A DNA stretch of 62,087 nt, the filler included. It is 4 parts of 4 records of this genome, joined end to end, with 100 filler letters (N's around TTAATTAATTAA, not from the genome) between each part and the next. Parts side by side here need not be neighbours in the genome. Positions count along the whole stretch, not along the records: positions 1 to 30,412 come from SRR31156797_4520; positions 30,513 to 42,009 come from SRR31156797_4525; 2 more parts are not named here. One strand, given 5' to 3'. The translations under genes and the position numbers were made by a program. Positions 27,935-38,014 of this stretch are shown here, piece after piece. A model generated the notes under the pieces. That model saw nothing but the letters and a program-made list of their open reading frames with translations. It ran no database searches and was not told the DNA's origin. Each line of letters starts with the position of its first letter. The first letter of the stretch is position 1.

Positions 27935-30054
27935 TATTGATTCTCCTTTGCGGACTCTTGCGGTTTGTTCATCGCTGACGTTTTCATAGCGGCGTAGCCG
28001 AGTATGCCTACGGTACTCAGGTTGTGGGTCATAGCCGCAGCAAGAGTGGATATTTTACCCATACCAGCCAGCAGAAGGGTGGCGGAGTTGATGCCTACCG
28101 CAGACCACAGGCAGTGACTCAGGGTTTCGCGGTTTGTCAGAGCAATGCGGTGGGCTTCCACAAGGGTGAGCATGTCTTCATTGAGCATGACCACCTGTGC
28201 GGATTCACGGGCAAGGTCGGCTCCGGAAGGCATGCAGATGCCCACATCGGCGCTGACAAGGGCCGGGGTATCGTTAACCCCGTCTCCGGCAAAGGCGACT
28301 TTGGCCCCTCCGTCCTTGAGTTCTTTGACGATGTTGGCCTTGTCCTCAGGTTTGAGTTCCCAGTGAACAGCGTCCACCGGGGGCAGTTGAGCTGCAAGGG
28401 CCAGTGCTGTCGAGCGGTGGTCTCCGGTGAGGATTTCAATACGTTTGATTCCAGCTGCCTTGAAAGCTTCGAGGGCTTCAAGGGCTTCGGGTCGGAGTTC
28501 ATCACGCATGGCAATGACTCCGATGAGCTCCTCATCCATGGCTACAAAAAGCAGGTTTTTTCCGGCATTGCGCAGTTGGCGGGCTTTTTTCTCCATGTAG
28601 GAGCAGTCCACGTGCTCATCTTCTTCAACAAAATGTTGGCTGCCCACAAGCACGCGTTTACCGTCAACATAGGCGGAAACGCCGTGGGCCACGATAAAGT
28701 CGACCCCGCTTACTTCCGGCAGTTCAATTCCTTGCTCTTTGGCTTCGTTAACTACAGCCTTGGCCACTGGGTGGGCATAATGCTCCTCGGCTCCGGCAGC
28801 TATTGAAAGCAGCTCTTCCTCCTCATAGAGGGGCATAGGGACGATGTCAGTGACTTTTAGTTCCCCCTTGGTCAGGGTACCGGTCTTGTCAAACACAATG
28901 GTGTCCACAGCGGCTAAGTTATCAAGAGCCTGGCCGCCCTTAAGCAGCACACCAGCCTTGCTTGCTGTGAACATGGAAGTACGGGTGGCAACCGGGGTGG
29001 AAAGTTTGATGGCGCAGGAATAGTCCACAGTCAGGACCGATGCAGCACGTGCAAGGTCTCCAGTGAGTGCATATACTCCAAGTCCGGCCCCGAAGGTCAG
29101 GGGAACCAGCTTATCAGCAAGTTCTGCTGATTTGATTTGACTTTTAGACTGGGAACGGAGGGAACTTTCTAAATAACGGTTGATGCGGGCTATGCCTGTT
29201 TCAGAACCGACTTTGTCCGCCCGTATTTTTAAGGTTCCTTCTTCAACTACCGCGCCGGAAAGGGTTGCGTCTCCGGGCTGCAGGTGTACAGGTACGGATT
29301 CTCCGGTAATGGAGCTTTGGTTTACTGAACCGTCACCGTTAATAATGGTTCCCTCAATGGGGATAAGTTCACCGGGACCGCAGACCACAATGTCGCCTAC
29401 TTGCAGAGCGTTAAAGTCGATCTCAAGCTCGCGTCCGTCCTTTTCGATCCAGATTTTTTCAACCTGCGGTTTGAGCAGGGTCTTGAGCAGATCTGTGGAC
29501 TTTTGTTCGGACTGGTCTTCAAGGTATTCACCGAGACAGAGCAGGGCACCAACGGAGTTGGAGGTGAAGTAATCACCGCGTAACAGGGAAAGTGCTTTAA
29601 CCGTACCGTCCAGCACTTCAATTTTGACCCCGCGGGTGAATAGGGTTTCAAGTCCGCCCACAATTCCCGGAATGCCCAGCATCCAGCTTGTTGCTGCCTG
29701 CACGGGAAGTGGCAGGAAAGGTGTTGCCGCAGCTGCTGCGGTCCGTGCACCAACGTCAATTAAGTCCACATTGTGTTCCCGCTCGTTGTTCTTTAGGAAA
29801 GCTTCCTGCGGGATATGGTCCAGTGCTTCTAGGATAGCTGCACGCACTTTGGGAGTTCCGTTATATTCAACGGCAATGGAAAAGGCCGGACCGTTTATCC
29901 TGACAGATTCGACCCCATTTAAGGATTCCACGCTGGCTTGCAGATAACTGTGGTCCAAATCAGGGGCAAGCAGGACCAGCGATTTCAGCCTGATCCGTTT
30001 CGGCAGTTCGTGGATTATTTTAAAACGTTTTCTTGTATTCGGAGTTCCGATCAT
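27934..30054 (-). CDS. Heavy-metal P1B-type ATPase with SCA motif
   Basis: TGES, DYSCAIKL, FDKTGTLT, HP, GDGVND, HNLST. Confidence 0.93.
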   Translation of the reverse strand: MIGTPNTRKRFKIIHELPKRIRLKSLVLLAPDLDHSYLQASVESLNGVESVRINGPAFSIAVEYNGTPKVRAAILEALDHIPQEAFLKNNEREHNVDLIDVGARTAAAAATPFLPLPVQAATSWMLGIPGIVGGLETLFTRGVKIEVLDGTVKALSLLRGDYFTSNSVGALLCLGEYLEDQSEQKSTDLLKTLLKPQVEKIWIEKDGRELEIDFNALQVGDIVVCGPGELIPIEGTIINGDGSVNQSSITGESVPVHLQPGDATLSGAVVEEGTLKIRADKVGSETGIARINRYLESSLRSQSKSQIKSAELADKLVPLTFGAGLGVYALTGDLARAASVLTVDYSCAIKLSTPVATRTSMFTASKAGVLLKGGQALDNLAAVDTIVFDKTGTLTKGELKVTDIVPMPLYEEEELLSIAAGAEEHYAHPVAKAVVNEAKEQGIELPEVSGVDFIVAHGVSAYVDGKRVLVGSQHFVEEDEHVDCSYMEKKARQLRNAGKNLLFVAMDEELIGVIAMRDELRPEALEALEAFKAAGIKRIEILTGDHRSTALALAAQLPPVDAVHWELKPEDKANIVKELKDGGAKVAFAGDGVNDTPALVSADVGICMPSGADLARESAQVVMLNEDMLTLVEAHRIALTNRETLSHCLWSAVGINSATLLLAGMGKISTLAAAMTHNLSTVGILGYAAMKTSAMNKPQESAKENQ

Positions 30055-30317
30055 CTGGTTGTCCTCTGCGGTCTTCTGGAAACCGCCCAGTGCAAAGCTG
30101 TAAATCCGACAAAGGCAAAAGAAGCCCAGAGATGCAATGGTTTTGCACCCTTGAACTTGAGCACGCCGGAAGCCGCCGAGGCCCCGAGCGTGGCAACCAT
30201 TCCCACCTTGGCAGCTGTTTTAGTCCTACTGGGAGTAAGAGGGCAGTCTTTGCACTGGCGGAATGTTTTCTTTTCTTTAGTTTTAATCAGGTCAGTATTT
30301 TCAGGTAAGGCGTTCAT
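30051..30317 (-). CDS. Small membrane protein with CxxC and His-bearing helices
   Basis: CKDC, AKVGM, LHLWASFAFVGFTALH; GGAGG RBS; overlaps the ATPase start. Confidence 0.7.
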   Translation of the reverse strand: MNALPENTDLIKTKEKKTFRQCKDCPLTPSRTKTAAKVGMVATLGASAASGVLKFKGAKPLHLWASFAFVGFTALHWAVSRRPQRTTR

Positions 30318-30359
30318 TTTAAGCCTCCTCCGGGGTATCGATGCGCTCGCACAATCGAT

Positions 30360-30412
30360 TTTGAATAGTGGCGAAGCCCTACTAAAAGTTTTGGGAGAGT
30401 CCAGAGAACCTT
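30360..30412. repeat. Truncated intergenic repeat at the contig end
   Basis: ...aaaagttttgggagagtccagagaacctt runs into the gap; similar to the reverse complement of 1-30. Confidence 0.5.
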
Positions 30413-30512
30413 NNNNNNNNNNNNNNNNNNNNNNNNNNNNNNNNNNNNNNNNNNNNTTAATTAATTAANNNNNNNNNNNNNNNNNNNNNNNNNNNNNNNN
30501 NNNNNNNNNNNN
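30413..30512. other. Artificial contig spacer
   Basis: N-run/TTAATTAATTAA/N-run (stops in all six frames). Confidence 0.98.
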
Positions 30513-30541
30513 GGTCCCGCTGAAAGCGACCGCCGGTAGGC

Positions 30542-31465
30542 CTACGTATTACAGCCGTTCGCGACATCATCGACTTCACGACAAAATTCACTGAGCACCT
30601 CAAGAAAGCATTTGAGCGTCGGGGACTTGTCGCCCTTGCGCCAAACAAGCTTGAGGGGAGTGTTGTGCACTTCGCCTTGAAAATCGAAAGGAATCATACG
30701 GACACAATCGGGAAGCGCGGCACACATACGCTCGGGTACAAAACCAATGCCCATACCTGCGGCGATGAGTGAAAGCTTTGTCTGATGCGTCTTGGCTTCC
30801 TGTACAATGCGGGGCTGAACGCCATACTTGTAATAGCGACCAATGGCACGGTCATAAGCTTCGGGGTAATGCTGCCGCGAGAACATGATGAACGGTTCCT
30901 TGTCGATGTCCGGATAGCCCGCATGTCCCTTGGCAACGAGCGGATGCTCATGATGCACTGCCAGGAAATAGCGATCGGCCATGAACGTTTTGGCTTCGAG
31001 ATTGTAGTGATTGGCATAGCAGTGATGCGACAACCCGACATCAAGATCACCTGCGCGTAGGGCGTTGTTCTGGTCGGAAGACTGCATCTCGCGGATATCC
31101 AGCATGATGCCGGGATATTTTTTTCGAAACGCGGTCACCCCTTTGAAAAAATCAGTGTGCAACCCGGAACTGAGAAAACCGACCCGCAACTTACCAATAA
31201 GGCCCTCGGCCATCATGTGCATTTTCTCGATACCGCCTTCAAGCGTACACAAGGTGTCGCGTGCCACGGCAAGAAACATACTGCCTTCGTCTGTGAGTGA
31301 CACCTTCCGGCTGGTCCGTTCCAACAAGATGACACCGAGTTCTTCTTCGAGTCGCTTGATCTGCTGGGAAAGCGGCGGTTGCGCGATATGGCACCGCTCG
31401 GCGGCCCGCCCGAAATGCAGTTCCTCTGCCACGGCAATAAAATATTTGAGCTGTCTGAGTTCCAT
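30542..31465 (-). CDS. LysR-family transcriptional regulator
   Basis: MELRQLKYFIAVAEELHFGRAAERCHIAQPPLSQQIKRLE. Confidence 0.94.
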   Translation of the reverse strand: MELRQLKYFIAVAEELHFGRAAERCHIAQPPLSQQIKRLEEELGVILLERTSRKVSLTDEGSMFLAVARDTLCTLEGGIEKMHMMAEGLIGKLRVGFLSSGLHTDFFKGVTAFRKKYPGIMLDIREMQSSDQNNALRAGDLDVGLSHHCYANHYNLEAKTFMADRYFLAVHHEHPLVAKGHAGYPDIDKEPFIMFSRQHYPEAYDRAIGRYYKYGVQPRIVQEAKTHQTKLSLIAAGMGIGFVPERMCAALPDCVRMIPFDFQGEVHNTPLKLVWRKGDKSPTLKCFLEVLSEFCREVDDVANGCNT

Positions 31466-31560
31466 CATCAAGAGGTACAACATATCAATCAAGGTGTAAA
31501 TATGTATTGGACATATTGATGCCTCACTCCTAGTTTCTGAGCATACCTAGGAGACTCTCA

Positions 31561-32040
31561 ATGCAAAGAACAATGAATCGCCGACTGTGTGTTTTAGGAT
31601 TGGCCAGCCTGCTTATCATCCTTGCCGGAATCACCGTGGCATATGCGCAACCGGTCAAAAAAACGACAGACTTTGCCTGCCCGAACCGAGCCGAACCAGT
31701 CGGATTGGTCATGGATAACCGGTCAAACGTGTACACCGCATGCGGCCAGACAGGGCAAATATTTTGCCTGCCTTCAGGCGGCGAATCCATCATGTATGCG
31801 CAGGTAAAGGACACCCCCACGGTATTGGCGGTGGACAACAAACAAACACTTTACGTCGGCACGGATTCTGGACGAATCCATGCTGTACTGCGGGATGGAA
31901 ACGTTCGCGAGGCTTACCGATGCGAAGGACGAGTTGTCGGACTGAGCGTTGATCGTGACGGCGGACTGATCATTGCTATGGAAAACGGCGCAGTCATTGC
32001 TGTTAAGCGAAAAGAATTGACGCTGAAAGAAAGTAACTAA
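31561..32040 (+). CDS. Exported protein with NHL/beta-propeller-like repeats
   Basis: Signal peptide; PVGLVMD.., PTVLAVD..LYV, GLSVDRDG; divergent from LysR. Confidence 0.65.
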   Translation: MQRTMNRRLCVLGLASLLIILAGITVAYAQPVKKTTDFACPNRAEPVGLVMDNRSNVYTACGQTGQIFCLPSGGESIMYAQVKDTPTVLAVDNKQTLYVGTDSGRIHAVLRDGNVREAYRCEGRVVGLSVDRDGGLIIAMENGAVIAVKRKELTLKESN

Positions 32041-32909
32041 AAGCTCAAGTCGTGGATTTTTTTGGCAGGCTTGCCTTTGGCGGGTGCTTTTTTCGTCGCA
32101 CTAAAAATCTTTGGCTCTGCTCTCTTCATGAGTTTTTCGGCCGCGGTGTTGAGTGGGTTGCGATCTAATGCCGCCTTGGCATTATTGAAGACTTCGCCCC
32201 ACTCGCGCCGGGCGAAATGAAGCTTGGCCATCCGCAGGTACAACCCTTCGCTCGGACCGAGCCACCGCATTGCATCCTTTATGGCTGCCATGGCTTTTCC
32301 CGTTTCATGCATCCCCTCATAACTCAAGATAAGTGCATTGTGAGCACGGGCGTCATTGTTCTGGGTCTCAAGAGCCTTTTGCAAATATGGCACGGCCTCG
32401 GAAAACATGCCGAAGGTGGTCATCCTATTACCAATGTCCGAATTAATCCCCTCAATATCCTGAAAATATTCTGAAATTTTTGAATATAGTTTCCGAGCTT
32501 CAAGGGGACTACCGGCCTTGACGAGATTGGCGGCCTTGATCAAATTGTCGTCCAATACGCCCAGCCGTTTCCGCATCTTGACGACACGGGCCTTTTCCAT
32601 GGCCTCACCCAGCTTTTTGTGCAGCCGCATGAGAGTCTGATAAAAGGCCTTTTCCTTGCCCTTTTCACACTTAAGCCCCTTGGGAAAAAGCTTGCGTATC
32701 ATCTTCATCTTATTGAGATCGCGCAGGGCTTCATCCAAATGGGCATGAATCTCGAACTTTTCAGCACCAAAGACCTGACTGGTTACCAGCCCCTTGATGG
32801 CACCGGCCAAACAACTGAGTGTACGCAAATAGTCACTCTTTTTGGCATAAGCACGAGCACGGGCTATGTTTTCCCGAATTTCTTTGGCAGTCATCTTCAC
32901 ACGTGGCAT
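32037..32909 (-). CDS. TPR-repeat protein
   Basis: EAVPYLQKALE, AKAALDRNPLN helical repeats. Confidence 0.75.
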   Translation of the reverse strand: MPRVKMTAKEIRENIARARAYAKKSDYLRTLSCLAGAIKGLVTSQVFGAEKFEIHAHLDEALRDLNKMKMIRKLFPKGLKCEKGKEKAFYQTLMRLHKKLGEAMEKARVVKMRKRLGVLDDNLIKAANLVKAGSPLEARKLYSKISEYFQDIEGINSDIGNRMTTFGMFSEAVPYLQKALETQNNDARAHNALILSYEGMHETGKAMAAIKDAMRWLGPSEGLYLRMAKLHFARREWGEVFNNAKAALDRNPLNTAAEKLMKRAEPKIFSATKKAPAKGKPAKKIHDLSF

Positions 32910-33114
32910 GAACTTCGATTCCTACGTCAAATATGTTGAGATTCTTACGTAAAGTACATCAGCCTATAGATTTTATCAAGAGCATGGAAAAACGTTCCAG
33001 CTTTCCCGACATGCTCTGCCCCTTTTTCTGTACAGCAGTTGACGCACAACACTCGGTCGGGCTAGCTTACCCGACCATCCAATCAAGTGAAATCATCCCA
33101 TTCAGGAGCCTGAT

Positions 33115-34353
33115 TTGAACATATACTTCGCGGTCATTATCACTTCTCTGATCATATCATGGCTGCTCGGCGTTATCTCTGATTTTCTGAATGCACGGGC
33201 CATGACACCTGCCCCGCCTAATGAATTCCGCAATGTATTCGACGCTGACACATATCGACAGTCGCAAGAATACACCCGGGCTTCCATGAAATTTTCTTCT
33301 CTGACCGACTCGTTCAACACCGCAATCATTCTCATTGTCATCCTCTTCGGCGGCTTCAACTTACTAGACCAAATAATCCGCTCGTTCGGCTTGTCCGCGC
33401 TTTCTACCGGCCTGATATATATCGGAGCACTCGGACTCATCAGCGGGACCATGAGCCTCCCGTTTGAAGCCTATCATACATTTGTGCTGGAAAAGGAGTT
33501 TGGCTTCAACACGACTTCCGTAAAGACCTTTATTACGGATCGCCTCAAGGGGTTATTCCTGACCGGCCTGATCGGCGGTATCTTGGTGGCCGCGATCCTG
33601 CTCTTTCTACGAGAAGCCGGACAATACGCATGGTTGTATTGTTGGGGCTTTGCCGTGGCAATTTCGTTGGGGCTGACATACATAGCCCCGACGTGGATTT
33701 TGCCGATGTTCAACAAATTTACTCCGCTTGAAAAAGGCGAACTGCGATCGGCACTCGAAACATACGCCAAATCAGTGGGCTTTGAACTCTCTGGAATATT
33801 CGTGATGGACGGTTCTAAACGATCCACCAAAAGCAACGCATTTTTCACGGGATTCGGCAAACGTCGCCGTATCGCTCTGTTTGATACGCTCATCAAGGAA
33901 ATGACTGTAGACGAAATCGTCGCGGTGCTGGCGCACGAAGTCGGACATGCCAAGCTTGGACACATCAAGAAACGACTGTTCACCGGCATTCTCAAGACCG
34001 GGGCCATCTTCTATCTCATGCCCCTGTTTCTCGACTCTCGTCCGTTATTTGATGCCTTTGGCATGGAGCAAATATCCGTCTATGCGGGACTCGTCTTTTT
34101 TGTCTTGCTGTACACACCGTTGTCACTGGTCCTGTCTGTAATCTCCAACAAAATTTCCCGTGCCCATGAATATGAAGCAGATGCCTTCTCCGCAACAACA
34201 ACCAAGCATTCCGGCAGTATGATCTCGGCTTTGAAAAAACTCTCAGCCAGCAATCTGTCCAATCTGACCCCACACCCGCTAACAGTCTGGCTCGGATACA
34301 GTCATCCTCCGGTCCTTGACCGTATTCAGGCACTGAAAACGCACAACAAATAA
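33115..34353 (+). CDS. M48 (Ste24-like) membrane zinc peptidase
   Basis: DGSKRS..NAFFTG, LAHEVGH, EYEAD, YSHPP. Confidence 0.93.
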   Translation: MNIYFAVIITSLIISWLLGVISDFLNARAMTPAPPNEFRNVFDADTYRQSQEYTRASMKFSSLTDSFNTAIILIVILFGGFNLLDQIIRSFGLSALSTGLIYIGALGLISGTMSLPFEAYHTFVLEKEFGFNTTSVKTFITDRLKGLFLTGLIGGILVAAILLFLREAGQYAWLYCWGFAVAISLGLTYIAPTWILPMFNKFTPLEKGELRSALETYAKSVGFELSGIFVMDGSKRSTKSNAFFTGFGKRRRIALFDTLIKEMTVDEIVAVLAHEVGHAKLGHIKKRLFTGILKTGAIFYLMPLFLDSRPLFDAFGMEQISVYAGLVFFVLLYTPLSLVLSVISNKISRAHEYEADAFSATTTKHSGSMISALKKLSASNLSNLTPHPLTVWLGYSHPPVLDRIQALKTHNK

Positions 34354-34420
34354 CATTCGATTTCTTCATGCCATTATGGCAATATTCGGGATAGTGATAC
34401 CCCTAACCCGGTGAGTTATT

Positions 34421-34912
34421 ATGCGCGAAGTACCCTTTGATCCAGATAATGACGACATCATGGAACGATTGAAAAGCGTTCCGGCCTTTGACAACCTCCC
34501 TGAGAACCATATCCGCGAAGCCATGCGTGCGGCTTCCATTCGCCGATATGAGGCCAATGAAACCATCATTCAGGAAGGGGAATTCGACAATCAGGTTTTC
34601 TTCCTGATCTTCGGGCGTCTTTCAATTTCCGTGCAAGGTACCGAAGTCGGTCAATTGAAACGACTGGGCGATGTGTTCGGTGAAATGGGCATCATCGACG
34701 GCAGCCCAAGATCGGCAACCATTACCACAAAAAAAACTTCACTGGTCATAAGTATGGACGACACGGCCATTGGTTCATTGGGCGAGACCAGTAAAATTTT
34801 CACTCAGGCAGTCATGTACCGAGTCTTCGCCGAAGTACTTGCGGTTCGCTTGCGGGATGCAAACCAAAAAATTGCAGATATGCAGGCGGAACTGGATGCG
34901 GCAAAAGAATAA
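34421..34912 (+). CDS. Stand-alone cyclic-nucleotide-binding domain protein
   Basis: IIQEG, FGEMGIIDGSPRSAT. Confidence 0.9.
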   Translation: MREVPFDPDNDDIMERLKSVPAFDNLPENHIREAMRAASIRRYEANETIIQEGEFDNQVFFLIFGRLSISVQGTEVGQLKRLGDVFGEMGIIDGSPRSATITTKKTSLVISMDDTAIGSLGETSKIFTQAVMYRVFAEVLAVRLRDANQKIADMQAELDAAKE

Positions 34913-34929
34913 TCAGGACGGAGGCGTAT

Positions 34930-35430
34930 ATGAAAGAAATCCCCTTTGATCCAAACGATAAGGAAACACTGACAAGGCTGCGACAAATGCCTGTCTTTGG
35001 AGCCATGGCCGAAGACCGTTTGCCCAAGGTTCTCGGGATGGCAACTCTACGCCGCTATGAAAAAGATGAAACCATTATCCGGGAAGGGGACACAGATCAG
35101 GCAGTATATTTCCTCATAATGGGCAGCTGTACCGTTGCCATCGAAGGAGTGAAGGTTAATTCCATCAATAAAATCGGCGATCTCTTCGGCGAAATGGGCA
35201 TCATTGACCAAAAACCTCGCTCTGCAACCGTCAGAGCGGAAAAACCTGTGCTCTGCTTAGTACTGGACAGCAATTTCATGGAACGCCTTGAAGGTGTGGA
35301 CAAACTAGCGGCTGAAGCACTCTTCTATCGCATATTTTCCGAGATGCTGTCAGCTCGCATCCGAGACGCCAATGGCCGCATACTCTATCTGGAAGAAAAA
35401 TTGGAAGAATGCTCCATGAACTACTCCTGA
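34930..35430 (+). CDS. Stand-alone cyclic-nucleotide-binding domain protein (tandem paralogue)
   Basis: IIREG, FGEMGIIDQKPRSAT. Confidence 0.9.
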   Translation: MKEIPFDPNDKETLTRLRQMPVFGAMAEDRLPKVLGMATLRRYEKDETIIREGDTDQAVYFLIMGSCTVAIEGVKVNSINKIGDLFGEMGIIDQKPRSATVRAEKPVLCLVLDSNFMERLEGVDKLAAEALFYRIFSEMLSARIRDANGRILYLEEKLEECSMNYS

Positions 35431-35516
35431 TCCCGACACACACGACCAGAAAAAACGGCGCACCATGTTTAAAGATGGTACGCCGTTCCTCTTCATAAAC
35501 TCCGTTGAAATACAGA

Positions 35517-37904
35517 TTAACCCGCAGCCCTGGCAGCAACCTTGGCGGCTTCTTCGGCTTTGCCTTGCGCTTCAAGCGCTTCCACAAGGGTATCCCAATA
35601 GGCATCAATGCCGGGAGAAAGGGCCGAGGACTGACGAGCCAGAACTTCGGCGATCTGCGGATCTTCGCCCTGATCAAGATAAAGCTTGGCAAGCATGTGC
35701 ATGGCCTGATGATCGTTGTGGTCGGCATTCAATGCGAGATGTAGGTACTCACGAGTCCCTTCGACATCTCCTTGTTTGTAGGAGACACGAGCCAATGACC
35801 GAAAGACCATACGTTCGCCACCGGGTTGTTCGGCTGCTTTCGTATAAAAAGCTGCCGCTTTTTTAAGATGGTTGGCCTTTTCTTCAATAGACCCCAATCG
35901 CATGAGAGAATAGACATGCCCCGGCTCTGCCTTGAGGCATTGGCGATATGCCTTGCCTGCGCTGTCGAGATCGCCAAGACGATGGTTGGCCCAACCAAGG
36001 TTGTACAGCGCAAGCACATCTTTCTTGTCCAAAGACACCACGGTCTCAAACTCATGTCGAGCTTCCTCGAAACGTCCGAGTTGTGCATAACAAATGCCGA
36101 GAGAGTTACGGGCAAGCAAATTATTTTCATCATCCAACAAAGACAGCTTAAATTCTTCAATGGACCCATAAATATCACCGTCCATGAACTTACGGTCCGC
36201 AGACAGATTCATGGAAATCGAATTAAAAACAGCCACTCGCGGATCGGGCAGCAACAATGCATGCTCAAGAGCCTTCCGGCAATTGTCCAAGACATCAGCC
36301 CTATCAAAATTAAGAAAAGGATAACAACTTGCACCAACGGACACCTTGATGCCCAAAGCATCTTCGGCCTGTGTCTCTATCTCCAAGCACCGCTCCATGA
36401 GCGTTTCCCGATCGATATCCTCCTGAAAGAAAATCATTCCGTTAAGACCATACCGGCCGCCAGTCGCATGTTCTCCAAAGGCCCCTTGTGCCAATTTAGC
36501 CACGTTCAAGGCCATCTGGTCCATACCGTCTTGATACCCTTCGGCTTGTTCATCAGGTTGGTCGAGAATACGTATAAGAGTAAGTCCAAAGGATTCAGGC
36601 GTCAGCCGTGCCTCGGAAAACCAAGAAATAAATTCAGAATATCGGTAGAGTTTGGTAGCTGCGTCCTTACTTGGCATGGCGTCGTCCTTTGCTTCCTCCG
36701 TATGGGCGAAAAGACTTTCCTCGCCTTCAATAAGTTTAAGTCGATCATTCTCTTCAATACTCCAAGCCGCATCACCCAAATGCAATACTTCTGCAAAAGC
36801 AATATCGTCCCGGACTTCAACCAACACGACTTCACCTTTGAATGGCAGCGTGGCCGATTTCTGTCCGCCCTTGGGAGCTCGCACGAGAAACCGTTGTCCG
36901 ATCTTGGCGCCCGACGCTTCGCCCAAAGTAACGCTCATTCGATTCATGGGCAGGACTTCAAGCACACGCCCGCCCCGTGCCAAGATATCAGCATAGCCAA
37001 AGACCCGGTTACGCCCCTGATCCTTGGCCACGGCCATAGCTTCCCGGGCCTTGCGCACGATCATCCGTGCCTGCTCGGACCCCGAACGACGAAACTGTGC
37101 GCCTTCAAGCCCCTGAGGATAACAAACATATCCAAGACTGCCGGAAACCCGGATGGTATCGTTGGTCACATCATCAATAAAAGAGAGTTTACTGATCCCC
37201 GAACGAATGACTTCGGATAATTGAAAACAAGCCCGAGGCTTGGCATCCGGCACCAGAATGGCGAACTTGTCGTTAGCGAAGCGGGACACGGTTGTATACT
37301 TAGGGCACACCATGTTGAGCAACCGACCTATTTCGGACAGGATATCGTCACCGGTCAGATAACCATACCGCTCATTTACAGGCTGAAAGGTGTCCAAATC
37401 GAGAAAAATGACACCAAAGGTACCAGAAAAAGTCAGGTCTGCATTACGAGCCTCAATACCGGCTCGACAACTGCCTGTTGCCAGACATCCTTGCACCTGC
37501 TCAATGGCCTGCTCCAATTCTCCAAAAAAGAAATTACGCGAATACAGACCGGTCAAAGGGTCCGTGATGGCTTTTTTATACAACGCAAGTTTTTCCAGCA
37601 CAGAACCGGCAAGCGCCATAATATATTTGGGAGCCGTGGCAGGTGCTTTCAGACGAACACCTTTGGCTATAAAAAAGCAAAGCATCTTACCCTGAAAAAC
37701 CAACGGCAAAATCAATTCCTTATCCTCGGCACGATATTCCGGTTCGGGAATATCCGTTGCCTCTTCTCTTGGAAAGAAAAGGCTGTAGGAGGTAAAAGGA
37801 AGAAATTCAGCGATGCAATCCTTGATGGTATGCTCGAAATCGATCAACTCCTGAGGAGTGAACGAAATGGCCCCGTCCGCAAAGATGTCTTTTTTTGTCC
37901 TCAT
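35517..37904 (-). CDS. Degenerate GGDEF-like domains plus C-terminal TPR repeats
   Basis: TDPLTGLYSR, LDLDTFQPVNERYG, RFANDKF; second copy RYGLNG; TPRs ARNSLGICYAQLG, YNLGWA. Confidence 0.85.
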   Translation of the reverse strand: MRTKKDIFADGAISFTPQELIDFEHTIKDCIAEFLPFTSYSLFFPREEATDIPEPEYRAEDKELILPLVFQGKMLCFFIAKGVRLKAPATAPKYIMALAGSVLEKLALYKKAITDPLTGLYSRNFFFGELEQAIEQVQGCLATGSCRAGIEARNADLTFSGTFGVIFLDLDTFQPVNERYGYLTGDDILSEIGRLLNMVCPKYTTVSRFANDKFAILVPDAKPRACFQLSEVIRSGISKLSFIDDVTNDTIRVSGSLGYVCYPQGLEGAQFRRSGSEQARMIVRKAREAMAVAKDQGRNRVFGYADILARGGRVLEVLPMNRMSVTLGEASGAKIGQRFLVRAPKGGQKSATLPFKGEVVLVEVRDDIAFAEVLHLGDAAWSIEENDRLKLIEGEESLFAHTEEAKDDAMPSKDAATKLYRYSEFISWFSEARLTPESFGLTLIRILDQPDEQAEGYQDGMDQMALNVAKLAQGAFGEHATGGRYGLNGMIFFQEDIDRETLMERCLEIETQAEDALGIKVSVGASCYPFLNFDRADVLDNCRKALEHALLLPDPRVAVFNSISMNLSADRKFMDGDIYGSIEEFKLSLLDDENNLLARNSLGICYAQLGRFEEARHEFETVVSLDKKDVLALYNLGWANHRLGDLDSAGKAYRQCLKAEPGHVYSLMRLGSIEEKANHLKKAAAFYTKAAEQPGGERMVFRSLARVSYKQGDVEGTREYLHLALNADHNDHQAMHMLAKLYLDQGEDPQIAEVLARQSSALSPGIDAYWDTLVEALEAQGKAEEAAKVAARAAG

Positions 37905-38014
37905 AATCCGGGAGGGTACAACGGAGAGTGTTTTTTCTCAAATGAAAGTTTGAGAAGCCCACACCTGACGGTGTGTTAGCGTCCCCCCCTTATAGCTGAT
38001 TTCAACTTCACCAT

